Origin: Giardia intestinalis
Lineage: Eukaryota
Reading direction: 5' to 3' (one strand)
DNA length: 64,000 nucleotides
NCBI GenBank assembly: GCA_000002435.2
Contig: CM018789.1
The notes under the pieces are model-generated. The model had not been told where the DNA came from and searched no databases. It was given only the letters and a program-made list of their open reading frames with translations. This document shows positions 1 through 9,150 of this stretch, in pieces (position 1 is the stretch's first letter; the number at the start of each line of letters is the position of its first letter). The position numbers and the translations under genes were made by a program.

Positions 1-667
1 TCAGAATAGTAAGCTCGTAGACGATGACCCCGAGGCTCCACACATCGGAGGCAGGGCTGGTCTCGTTGTGGAGGAGCACCTCGGGGGCCATGTACGGCCT
101 TGTTATCGCGGTGATGCTCCCGCCTCTCAGGGCGTTCCTGCAGAGGCCGAGACCAGCGATGACGAAGTACTCACCATCTGCGCTGATAAATATATTGGCA
201 GGCCTGAGGTCGCGGTGGACGAGCCCCCTAGTACCTATCCCACTGAGGCCGTAGAGATAGGCGAGGGCGGCAGCGACCTGCCTCAGGACGGAGAGAATCA
301 CAGCGATAGGGACGGGGATCTTCCTTCGCTTGTGTTCAGTGAGGAGGCACTCGAGAGTCTTGTCGTGGCGGTCCGTGACGACGTAGATGAAGTCATCATC
401 CTCGACCACTTGATGGTGCTTGAGGACCCCCGGATGGGAGAGGTCGAGAAGGGTGGCCAGCTCTAGTCTGATGGTGTCCAGATCCCCCTTGTCCAGGCCG
501 TCGAGCAGGACCTCCTTTACGGCGAGGCCCAGATAATCCTTGAGAGAGTAGACTGTTCCCGCGGGACTTTCATTAAGCACGTCATTCAGTTGCTTGTAGA
601 GCCCTCTGAGAGTGAACGGTGGGACACTGAAAGCTATTGTTGCGGATCCAGACGAAGCAGCGTGCAT
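1..667 (-). CDS. NEK-family serine/threonine protein kinase, 3' end cut off by the window edge. It is a predicted pseudokinase because GLG replaces the DFG motif.
   Basis: ATG at 667..665 follows ACCAAAATAATAAAACCAGG, and an in-frame TAG lies just upstream. The minus-strand translation reads MHAASSGS...LAVKEVLL...HRDLRPANIFISADGEYFVIAGLGLCRNALRGGSITAITRPYMAPEVLLHNETSPASDVWSLGVIVYEL. The VAIK-like Lys, HRD loop, APE and the DxWSLG motif are present. The frame is open to position 1. Confidence 0.75.
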   Translation of the reverse strand, partial: MHAASSGSATIAFSVPPFTLRGLYKQLNDVLNESPAGTVYSLKDYLGLAVKEVLLDGLDKGDLDTIRLELATLLDLSHPGVLKHHQVVEDDDFIYVVTDRHDKTLECLLTEHKRRKIPVPIAVILSVLRQVAAALAYLYGLSGIGTRGLVHRDLRPANIFISADGEYFVIAGLGLCRNALRGGSITAITRPYMAPEVLLHNETSPASDVWSLGVIVYELTIL

Positions 668-973
668 CCTGGTTTTATTATTTTGGTAATCTACAGTTTT
701 GGAAACGATCCGTTTCCACAGGAGTTTATGTCTACAGATCTGTAGTGGTCCAATACTTGCGGAGGGCTTCTGCATCAGGAGCGAGAAGGCCACCTGTGCG
801 ACCGTTTCACCCACCGGTGTCCTAGCGCTGACCGAGGGTGAGAAGGTCTGTTCCCCCTGGCCTCTGCGGAAACGGGTGGCTGTGTGACCCACTAACAGCC
901 ACCACTTCATTAGGGTGTCTGTTTGCTGCACAGCTTGAGGGGAATCCGATCTATCATCAAATGCAACCAACAG

Positions 974-1642
974 TTAGGCGCGTTCACTCACGGGCTTTCT
1001 GGGCGGCATCCGTAGACAGGGCTCCTCCAGTCCAACGCCTTCACTCTTGAGAAGAGACACCACTTTGGAATGACCGTTCATATCAGCTACGCAAAGAGCA
1101 GACCTGCTGCTTATGTACTTCTCCTTCTCCAACAGCAATTTGACACACTCCAAACAACCAAAGTATGCTGCAATTGTGAGGGCAGTCCAGCCCCTGTCCC
1201 TCTCCATGCAGCCCTCAGCATCCAGGAGTAGCCTCACAACCTCGATACGCTCGTTGGCTGTCGCCCACATGAGGGCCGTGTACTCATTGTTACTCCTCAT
1301 GCAACGCTCGTGCTTCATCAGCAGCTTCACCGCCTCAACGTGTCCGAGCACCGCGGCGACCATCATGGCTGTCCCCTCGTATATCTCTACCATCCCTGCC
1401 CTGACAAGCTTCGCCACCATCCTTGCCTGCTGAGGAATGTAGCGCTTCACTGCATCCACGTCGTTTCGCTTGGCCGCCTTCATGAGGTCGGTGACGCCAT
1501 CCTCATCCTCACCAATTGCTCGCGGAGGCCTAGCGGGGCTGTTCTCGCCCACATCCTCCTCATCTGTGTCCTTCTCAGACATGAGGGGCGGGGTGTCGTC
1601 GTGCTCCTGAGAGCAGTGATCTGAATCATCTGTAGACGACAT
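974..1642 (-). CDS. Ankyrin-repeat protein (Giardia protein 21.1-like)
   Basis: Repeated ...TALMWA..G..E.V..LL... units match the ankyrin consensus (EYTALMWATANERIEVVRLLLDAEG, GWTALTIAAYFGCLECVKLLLEK, GTAMMVAAVLGHVEAVKLLM). The maximal ORF is 974..1714. The preferred start is the ATG at 1642 because GGAATAAAAATG lies directly upstream, whereas the 1714 ATG has no AT-rich context. Confidence 0.7.
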   Translation of the reverse strand: MSSTDDSDHCSQEHDDTPPLMSEKDTDEEDVGENSPARPPRAIGEDEDGVTDLMKAAKRNDVDAVKRYIPQQARMVAKLVRAGMVEIYEGTAMMVAAVLGHVEAVKLLMKHERCMRSNNEYTALMWATANERIEVVRLLLDAEGCMERDRGWTALTIAAYFGCLECVKLLLEKEKYISSRSALCVADMNGHSKVVSLLKSEGVGLEEPCLRMPPRKPVSERA

Positions 1643-2418
1643 TTTTATTCCATGGTCACAAAGGAAACGCGTGCACTGGTAAACTTGCGATTCACGGTAT
1701 TGTTTACAGATCATCCAGATAGCGCACCAAACACAGATTGTACGCCCTGGATCCCCTCTGCCCTTCTTGCCTTGTGTGGTAAGTGAACAGTAAGGGTGGC
1801 CTCGGCCATGATGTCAGGAACGCTGTGAGCAGAAGAATTTACTCTGTTTCATCGAAGTTTGTTTTTCAGCTGCCGTTCGAGCAACTCCATCCATGCGGGC
1901 CATCATGCTGGGCGGGTTTCTTGTTCATTCACCCATTCGAGATTCAAACTTCGCAAGTCAGATTATCATCCACTTCTGACGGAAGAAGAACTTTATGCCT
2001 CCCTCCAAGGTGATAATGAATGCACCGGAGAATCTGCAGCTGGCAGTGGATGCGCCAGTCACCCACCAGCCAAACCGAACTGGTCGAGATAGACTCACCA
2101 CGCGACCCCTACGGATCCCTCGGAGGGCAGGCCTGCCCTGTGGACGCCTGGCTCGGGCAGAAGCGGACCGAGCTCCTGGCTACGCAGGACAGCGGCGGTC
2201 GGGAGTCCACCACAAGCAGCTGCGCGGTGCTTGACACCTCGACGTGAGACGTGGCATCACAGCAGGCTGCCGAGCGGGACGGCCCGTGGTGGGCAACGCA
2301 TCATACACGAACAGTGCCCTGACCGCCCCGATGCTCCCGGACATGCCCCTCGAAGAGCTGTGGCCGGGCCAGCCTCTCCAGCTGAACGACCCATGGCTCC
2401 ACGTACACTCTGCGGCAC

Positions 2419-2681
2419 GGATGGGTGCAGACCACACCAGCCGAGCCGGCACACTGCACAGGGTGTGTGCCTGCGAGTGTGTACTGGCTGCTGACCATCT
2501 GGCACCACAGGTGCACTACGGTTCATGAGCAGAAGGGCGGGCCGGGCATCTCCTCCGCGCCAACCAAGGGTCGACATGGGGGTCCATGGACACATGCTAC
2601 AGTCCAGGAGGACACATGGCGAGCGCACCCCGACAGCAGGACCGATGGTCCACTCCACGAGGAGGCGAGGAGGAACCCGAG
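2419..2681 (+). repeat. Copy 1 of a dispersed roughly 260-bp GC-rich repeat. It lies inside a 1.3-kb GC-rich gene-free island (about 1715-3059).
   Basis: Shares blocks with 57203..57466 in the same order: cac(a/g)ctgcacagggtg; catga(g/a)cagaagg..ggcc; ctacagtccaggaggacacatggcgagcgcacccc versus ctatgactccaggatagaggcatacggggagcgcaccctcc; and gatggtccactccacgaggaggcgaggaggaacccgag versus gatggtgccctccacgaagagacgaagaggcaccccgag. Only short ORFs overlap it, in all six frames. Confidence 0.6.
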
Positions 2682-3059
2682 TCGACACTTGAGGCTATGA
2701 CACGTACGATCTTCGTTATGGAGCGCCAACACAACAAGGTGACCTTGGGCTACATGGCCAAGATCGTTGCCACAACTGACGGTAGGCCCCCTGGGGCTGG
2801 CCATAGAGGGGGAAGTCCTTAGAAGGCACTGCAGGAAACCTGCAACACCTCCCAAGAGAGATGAACATAAAGTTCTTCCCCTCCCGCCGGAATCCAAGAG
2901 CATCAAATTTTCGGGTTCTGGATTTCAGACAGATGGACAAGCAGGAGACCCGCTTGGTGAAGCGGCCCGCACAAGGAGATTTACTCAGACAATAGCTAGC
3001 AAACTAACCTTGACAATTACTTGTAAACTAGGCCATGAACCTGTGCGACTATGTAAATT

Positions 3060-3464
3060 TTATTGACCTCCGAAGAGTTCTATAATTGCAGTACGGGTCT
3101 GCTTGAAAGTATCCTGCATAGACATCAGAGCTTGTGTTTCAAACCTTGCGCTTTCTAATTCCGCGTTTTGCAGAGATAGCTTTAGAAGGTTAACGCCGGC
3201 AGAGTGAGCAGCTGAGACGTCCTGGGCAGCGATACTCATTGACAGACTAAGAGCAAGCTTCCGCTTAGCTTCTGCTTCCGCTGACACGTCTTCGAGCTGT
3301 GTGTGGATGTAAGAAGATGCTTGGTCAAACTCTCCGAGAGCCTCCTGATATTCTGAAGCAATCGCGACAATATCCTCAGCAGCCTTTCTGTGAGCCACGT
3401 GCAGGATGCGCACGCGCTGATCGTCGTCAAACATAATGCAGCCATCAGAAGCCGATTCTGTCAT
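3060..3464 (-). CDS. Hypothetical protein (134 aa, predicted coiled coil)
   Basis: ATG-initiated ORF in a Giardia-like compact context. The translation has no recognisable family motifs. Confidence 0.45.
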   Translation of the reverse strand: MTESASDGCIMFDDDQRVRILHVAHRKAAEDIVAIASEYQEALGEFDQASSYIHTQLEDVSAEAEAKRKLALSLSMSIAAQDVSAAHSAGVNLLKLSLQNAELESARFETQALMSMQDTFKQTRTAIIELFGGQ

Positions 3465-3512
3465 TTTTGGGCTGTTTGCAATTTACTATCTCATTGTGAG
3501 TCGCTACATAGC

Positions 3513-4598
3513 TCAAAGCACCTGGAGGATCATCGCTGTGAGGACCTGACTTAGATGATTGTCTTGGCACTCTGCCATAAAGACCTCCAGGGCAGAATCC
3601 GAGTTCATCCCCCGATGAATCTTTACTATCGCCCGCTTGGCCGCAGCCAGAGTCTGCTGGTCTGATGTGCTCCTAAGAAACTCATCCATCCTGTCAATCA
3701 GTTCCTCTGACAAGTCTAGCGCCTGATGATGGGGCCTGTAAACCCGCTTGACTATCGAGTTACTTTCCATAAAGGACTGAGTAAGAGTACTGACACTGCT
3801 GTCGATGTTCGAATGACCAGGGTTGCGTATTGCTCGGAGTCCTTGAAATAGATCCTCTAAGTCAGCAACTAGTGCGGCCTCGTCTCCTAGAAACGCGCCA
3901 GAGTGCCTCTTTGGTCGCTGCCTCCCTGGTGCGGGACCATCTGTGATCTGAGAGGACGCCACAACAGCTGTTCGGGAGTCATGGATGTCTGGCACGTCGT
4001 ATTCACCGCTCTGCAGAGAGTATTGCACATTGCTGTTAGAACCTTCTCCTCGCTGATTATACTGAGTTGTCTCGTACCCCTTGTATGCCTGGTCCCGCTG
4101 GCTCTTAGACCCAGCCATCGCCGCTGACTGCACGTCGTAAACATCCCGCCGGCCAGGTTTTCCGCTTCCGTTGAACTGATGATCACGAGTACCACGTTCT
4201 GTACGATGGCGATTTTCTATGTACTGAAGCAGCTCTTCATCCTCCATTTCCCTGTTATGTTGTGACCTAGCGTTATATCGGGGTGGTGGACTGCCCTCCT
4301 GGCCATAGTACTCGGTAGTCCCCGCGGCATCATAAAGATATGGCCTGCTGCCCCCTGGTCCCATGCTTCTAGATCCGTGACCCCGGGAAGCACGTGATCC
4401 CCTAGAGAGAAACGAGGCGGACGGAGAAGAAACGCGGGTGCCATCTGTCCCGGAAATGTACTGCGCCGGTTTACCAAAGCGCTCTTGAATCGTCCGCTGC
4501 ATATTGTTAAACCGACGCACGTGTTCTTTGAACATGAATCCGTCGGACACAAAAGGAAGACGACTTGTACGATTCTGCACACTTGGTGACAAGGGCAT
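3513..4598 (-). CDS. Hypothetical protein (361 aa, low complexity, Ser/Gly/Arg-rich)
   Basis: ATG at 4598 is preceded by AAAATTAAAAATCTGACAAA. Only 12 bp separate it from the stop of the upstream gene. Confidence 0.55.
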   Translation of the reverse strand: MPLSPSVQNRTSRLPFVSDGFMFKEHVRRFNNMQRTIQERFGKPAQYISGTDGTRVSSPSASFLSRGSRASRGHGSRSMGPGGSRPYLYDAAGTTEYYGQEGSPPPRYNARSQHNREMEDEELLQYIENRHRTERGTRDHQFNGSGKPGRRDVYDVQSAAMAGSKSQRDQAYKGYETTQYNQRGEGSNSNVQYSLQSGEYDVPDIHDSRTAVVASSQITDGPAPGRQRPKRHSGAFLGDEAALVADLEDLFQGLRAIRNPGHSNIDSSVSTLTQSFMESNSIVKRVYRPHHQALDLSEELIDRMDEFLRSTSDQQTLAAAKRAIVKIHRGMNSDSALEVFMAECQDNHLSQVLTAMILQVL

Positions 4599-4610
4599 TT
4601 TGTCAGATTT
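4599..4610 (-). promoter_or_regulatory. 12-bp intergenic spacer. The AT-rich initiator of gene 3513..4598 overlaps the stop of gene 4611..6548.
   Basis: Minus-strand sequence is GAAAATTAAAAATCTGACAAAATG. The TAA of the upstream gene lies inside the A/T-rich element of the downstream gene. Confidence 0.5.
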
Positions 4611-6548
4611 TTAATTTTCCGCCGATTCACAATTTAATGCGGAGTCAGACGCTACATTGCGCCGCGTTGGACTTCCCAGCACAGGGATTCCAAAGAAACC
4701 AAGGTGAAGTGAAAAGATTGACGCCAGGTCACGAAGGTGTCTTTTTGACATCTTTGTGTCTTGACAAACAAGTGCTGTAAGCCACGGAGTAGACGCCCCA
4801 TAGCGCTGCACTATGAGAATAGCAACATGAAGTGCCACAAAGGAGCATCCAGTTTGGGTCAACACTTCGAGTTGAGCTAGATCGAGCACAAATGAGTTCA
4901 AAAATGGAGCAAGCGGGCTAGTTACATATTGATTGATCAGTTCTGTCTTTACTTTATCGCAATCTATCTCCTTTTTAATTATCTGTATTGCACAATCATA
5001 ATCCAGACACCTCCCTGCTTCTGTAAGAGCGGCTATGTACCAATTTAAATTTGTGCCAGATGGATCAGGATTTATAGAAGGTGCGGTATTCCAACTGTAT
5101 TTGCATCTGCACAATGAGCACAAGCTTGGCTCCACACATTTGCTGCCAAATATGCAGTGCTCAGCTCCAGCTTTGTGGGTCTGCTTAGAGCGCTCACAGA
5201 GCGCTAAGAAATAGACGGAGCAAAAGGGCGAGTTATGGGCTGTCAACATAAAAAAGGAGGAGCCGGAAGAAGCCAACGCAGTTATTCCGATTGGCTTCAC
5301 CTTTGTGGATTGCATGCTAATGCAATTCTGTAGCGACATCCGTTTCAGCTGTGATTTGGATAACGGTGGGAACCTAGCTGTCAACCGAAAGCACTCATCT
5401 CCGCAGGAATACACAACTGCCAGAGTGTTTCCCATAATATTACTAGATAGTATTCGTGAAGAAAAAGCATCCAACAGGTCCAAATCAGCTGTTGATGATA
5501 TAACAATCGAATAAGCTGTATCTCCATAGATTAAGATAATCAGTCCGCGAAGAAGCAAGAGAACTCCTTGTTTATCAACTGTTTGCTGGATTTGTAGAAC
5601 GGCGTTGTACGTGGTCAAAGTATCTCCGTGGCTGGTACAGAGATAAGCGGTCATATTGGAACGAAGAATGGCGTACGCAACTTTCTTCCCAGATACAGCA
5701 ACAAGCGAGACAATGCTATTGCTCTCAAAACTGCACACCCGCACTAATCCACTGCATGTTCCACTGTACACCGTTCCTGTCGAAGACATGGCATGAACCT
5801 CTGTGTAGTCAGTTGATATATGGGTCAGTACCTTAGCCCCATGCGGAACTAAGTGCGGTTGCAGTTGCAGTGGCGGCACAACGTGCACACTATTAAGTTC
5901 TGTGGAGTATAGACGACCATTAGAGAGAAAGTAGAGGGTATTTTGGAGCATAGAACACATTGTTACGTTATATCCAAGGACAACCTTGGAGGATAAGATG
6001 CGTGAACTCATAGATATCATGCACAGAAGAAGGGACCCGGCAGATGTTACAAGGACAACATGACATATATTGTCTTTGACAGTTACAGATACAATACAGA
6101 CGGGCACATCTGCGTCGGTCAGTGCATGCATTGGATGACACATGTCAACAAGAAAATCAGTGCATCCTTTAGCATCACCTCCATGACAACCCTGGGATGG
6201 GATCTCCACTCTCATGTGAACGGAAAAGGGAAGCTGAAGTAAGGACATTGGTTGTGTAACAGCACAAGATTCGATACTTATGAGGGTAGCCCCTGACCTA
6301 GATGTCCAGATGGGAACATCGTGAAGCGTGAGGCTTGATGCATTGGCTAATAGTCTGCTTTTTGCCTTGCGCTCATGAGGAAGACGACTATAAGGCATTC
6401 GATGTGATAATCCCGTGATGGATAAGTGCACATTTTCTTGTACGCTGGCCGGCAGAGCTGCAATTATTTGGCTGAGTTGTACACGTGTTGCTGTTGTCGT
6501 TGCTTCTGGTGCAATTGGATCGCACGTTTCCTCGAGATTGCCAGGCAT
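4611..6548 (-). CDS. Hypothetical protein (645 aa) with a C-terminal Cys-rich zinc-finger-like cluster
   Basis: ATG at 6548 is preceded by ATAAAGTTAAAAG. The Cys cluster reads CERSKQTHKAGAEHCIFGSKCVEPSLCSLCRCKY. The TAA stop is embedded in the AT-rich initiator of the next gene. Confidence 0.55.
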   Translation of the reverse strand: MPGNLEETCDPIAPEATTTATRVQLSQIIAALPASVQENVHLSITGLSHRMPYSRLPHERKAKSRLLANASSLTLHDVPIWTSRSGATLISIESCAVTQPMSLLQLPFSVHMRVEIPSQGCHGGDAKGCTDFLVDMCHPMHALTDADVPVCIVSVTVKDNICHVVLVTSAGSLLLCMISMSSRILSSKVVLGYNVTMCSMLQNTLYFLSNGRLYSTELNSVHVVPPLQLQPHLVPHGAKVLTHISTDYTEVHAMSSTGTVYSGTCSGLVRVCSFESNSIVSLVAVSGKKVAYAILRSNMTAYLCTSHGDTLTTYNAVLQIQQTVDKQGVLLLLRGLIILIYGDTAYSIVISSTADLDLLDAFSSRILSSNIMGNTLAVVYSCGDECFRLTARFPPLSKSQLKRMSLQNCISMQSTKVKPIGITALASSGSSFFMLTAHNSPFCSVYFLALCERSKQTHKAGAEHCIFGSKCVEPSLCSLCRCKYSWNTAPSINPDPSGTNLNWYIAALTEAGRCLDYDCAIQIIKKEIDCDKVKTELINQYVTSPLAPFLNSFVLDLAQLEVLTQTGCSFVALHVAILIVQRYGASTPWLTALVCQDTKMSKRHLRDLASIFSLHLGFFGIPVLGSPTRRNVASDSALNCESAEN

Positions 6549-6725
6549 CTTTTAACTTTATACTACGATTGGCTAGTAGGGCTAGCTTGGCTCCCTTTTG
6601 AGCGCTTGGCCCACGGATTAATTGCACTGAATGATAAATAGCAAAGCATAACGTGCATAATTTGACATTCCACCTTGTAATTCCTGTTTCATGATTCTAT
6701 TAATTTGCCCAATAATTCTTTTCCT

Positions 6726-9077
6726 ATGGCTCCTCTTGTAGACAACATCAGCGGGAAGCTGCTCAAGATGTCTGGGAGGGAGCTTCTGCAAGTGGACCCT
6801 CTCCTGCAAGACTATGTGGGCGTTGTGGAATCAAGGTGGGAAGACTTCAAGCACATGCTTAGTTACATTTCTGATGACCTTGGAGGCTTTGACAGCGTTT
6901 CAAACTACGTTGATTATGGCTTCTACGTAGAGGTAGATGATGCCCGGTACAGTCTTAATCAACTTTCGGACCTGGATGACATCTGTAAAGATGTCGCCAC
7001 TTACAACGGCCGCATTCATCTTATTTACAAGGAGTGGGCAGAGAACGCCGTGTTCTTATCTATTATAGGTGACTTCAATTTCTGGGACAAGGCTGCACAC
7101 CCAGGAGTCAATAAAGGATACGGGATCTGGGAGTGTCGGATCCCTTTTTACGTCAACCAGGAGTTGAATATGCTTCACTGCCCAATTCACCATAAGGCAA
7201 AGTTCAAGGTCTTCATGGTGACACGTGACAAGAATGAAGAAATCTATCGCATGCCCCAACGAACACTCTATGCTGTTCATAACCATGAGAGGTGTCAGTT
7301 GGAACCCTTGTTCTATTGTCACGCAGCAGACGCAGATGCAAGAAAAAGAGAAGAGCTCACACGACCATACGCATTCAAGTCACAGAGTCCACAAGGGTTG
7401 CGCAAGAAGGTACACAGGATTTACGAGTGCCACGTTGGCATGAGCTCTACTGAGCCAAAGATAAATACCTACAGAGAGTTTGCAGACATTCTCCTCCCCA
7501 TCATCAAAGAAAAGGGCTACAATGTAATACAACTAATGGCAATCCAAGAGCACTCTTATTATGGGTCGTTTGGTTATCAGGTCACGTCATTCTTTGCCCC
7601 CAGTTCAAGATTTGGGACGCCCGACGATCTAAAATACCTTGTAGACAAAGCACATGAGGCAGGTATTGCTGTTCTTCTCGATTTAGTTCACTCACATGCA
7701 TCGAAGAACGTTGAGGACGGGATCGCAGACTGGGACGGTAGTACGATGTTCTTTTATAAGGAGGACCATCCCCTGTGGGACAGCAAGATTTTCAACTACA
7801 AGAACCCGGAGACTCTTCGTTTTTTGCTCCAAAATGTGCGCTGGTGGCTCCAGGAGTTTAAGATCGACGGCTTCAGGTTTGACGGGGTGATGTCTCTCAT
7901 GTACTATCACAGGAGTGCAGGTGTTGGGTATACAGGCCGTTACGGAGAGTACTTTGACGAGCCCCAATCAGCGGTTGATGTTGGTGGACTAACATACTTG
8001 CGATTGGCTCATGTCCTCATTAAGATGATTGAGCAGACTGAAGGCCGTGACATCCTGACAATAGCAGAGGACGTCTCAGGCTACCCGTGCATGGCGACAC
8101 CAATACTAGATGGGGGTATAGGATTTGACTATCGTTTTCAAATGGCTGTCCCAGATCTGTGGATCAACATGATGAAACATGGCTTTGACACAGGTCTCAA
8201 TGACTTCGAAAGTATTGATGTCAAAAAAATAACGCACACACTCACAAACCGTAGGTGGCAAGAGAAGCATATCGTCTATTGTGAGTGCCACGATCAGGCT
8301 CTGGTTGGTGACAAGACATTGAGCATGTGGCTACTAAACGAGAATATATATGATCAGATGAGTATTCTGCACCAGGCAAATGAAAGAACTCTACGTGCGA
8401 TCCGTCTCCACAAAGTTATTCGTCTGTTAACGATGGGTCTTGGAGGTGAGGGATACCTCACTTTCTTTGGCAATGAATTCGGACACCCAGAATGGATTGA
8501 CTTTCCACGCGTAGGTAATAGCTGGAGCTACCATTACTGTCGAAGGCAGTGGAACCTCGACTATTGGGGGAAGGACGGTCAAACAACACGCTATGCAGAC
8601 CTCGGCCGATTTGACAGGGATCTTATGCACCTCAATGCCTGCCATGAATGGAACGTGGAAAGGGAATATATTACCCGTGATGATAACGAGGAGAAGCTCA
8701 TAGTTTTCGAGCGGAAGAATCTTCTTTTTGTATGCAGCCTTCACCCCTTTAACCCTGACTATGAGGCCATTATACCTGTTCGTCAACAGGGAACATATCG
8801 AGTTATCTTCCACACAAATAGTATTCAATATGGAGGAGATGAATCGGGGACCACGGAAGGGAATGAACTGGTAACACGCAACAAGATGAATAAAGAAAGT
8901 AATGACTTAAAGGAAGATCAGTGGGATAGAAAGATGAATGGGTTGCAATATTACATTAAATTATGGATAAAGCGCCAATGTGGCTATGTTCTTGAGCTTT
9001 CTAAGGGGACTGTCTCCATTCCAGATACTGTTAAGAGCTTTGAGGAGCTATTTCCCAAGAAGAATCCACCATTATAG
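6726..9077 (+). CDS. 1,4-alpha-glucan (glycogen) branching enzyme, GH13
   Basis: The translation carries branching-enzyme blocks NVIQLMAIQEHSYYGSFGYQVTSFFAPSSRFGTPDDLKYLVDKAHEAGIAVLLDLVHSHAS, KIDGFRFDGVMSLMY, IAEDVSGYP and GNEFGHPEW. The listed start at 6705 is TTG, and the first ATG is at 6726 (MAPLVD...). Confidence 0.9.
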   Translation: MAPLVDNISGKLLKMSGRELLQVDPLLQDYVGVVESRWEDFKHMLSYISDDLGGFDSVSNYVDYGFYVEVDDARYSLNQLSDLDDICKDVATYNGRIHLIYKEWAENAVFLSIIGDFNFWDKAAHPGVNKGYGIWECRIPFYVNQELNMLHCPIHHKAKFKVFMVTRDKNEEIYRMPQRTLYAVHNHERCQLEPLFYCHAADADARKREELTRPYAFKSQSPQGLRKKVHRIYECHVGMSSTEPKINTYREFADILLPIIKEKGYNVIQLMAIQEHSYYGSFGYQVTSFFAPSSRFGTPDDLKYLVDKAHEAGIAVLLDLVHSHASKNVEDGIADWDGSTMFFYKEDHPLWDSKIFNYKNPETLRFLLQNVRWWLQEFKIDGFRFDGVMSLMYYHRSAGVGYTGRYGEYFDEPQSAVDVGGLTYLRLAHVLIKMIEQTEGRDILTIAEDVSGYPCMATPILDGGIGFDYRFQMAVPDLWINMMKHGFDTGLNDFESIDVKKITHTLTNRRWQEKHIVYCECHDQALVGDKTLSMWLLNENIYDQMSILHQANERTLRAIRLHKVIRLLTMGLGGEGYLTFFGNEFGHPEWIDFPRVGNSWSYHYCRRQWNLDYWGKDGQTTRYADLGRFDRDLMHLNACHEWNVEREYITRDDNEEKLIVFERKNLLFVCSLHPFNPDYEAIIPVRQQGTYRVIFHTNSIQYGGDESGTTEGNELVTRNKMNKESNDLKEDQWDRKMNGLQYYIKLWIKRQCGYVLELSKGTVSIPDTVKSFEELFPKKNPPL

Positions 9078-9150
9078 AATTGGCAGAGTTCCTCTAGCAT
9101 TTGAAGCTCAAGAGATTTTGTGCTCTGGAGTAAAATTATCAATTTTGCGG

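Noticed and set aside
8980-9150. N-terminal 57 codons of the listed 552-aa ORF
   Set aside because: The extension starts with GTG and overlaps the 3' end of the branching-enzyme CDS. The ATG at 9151 has proper AT-rich context.
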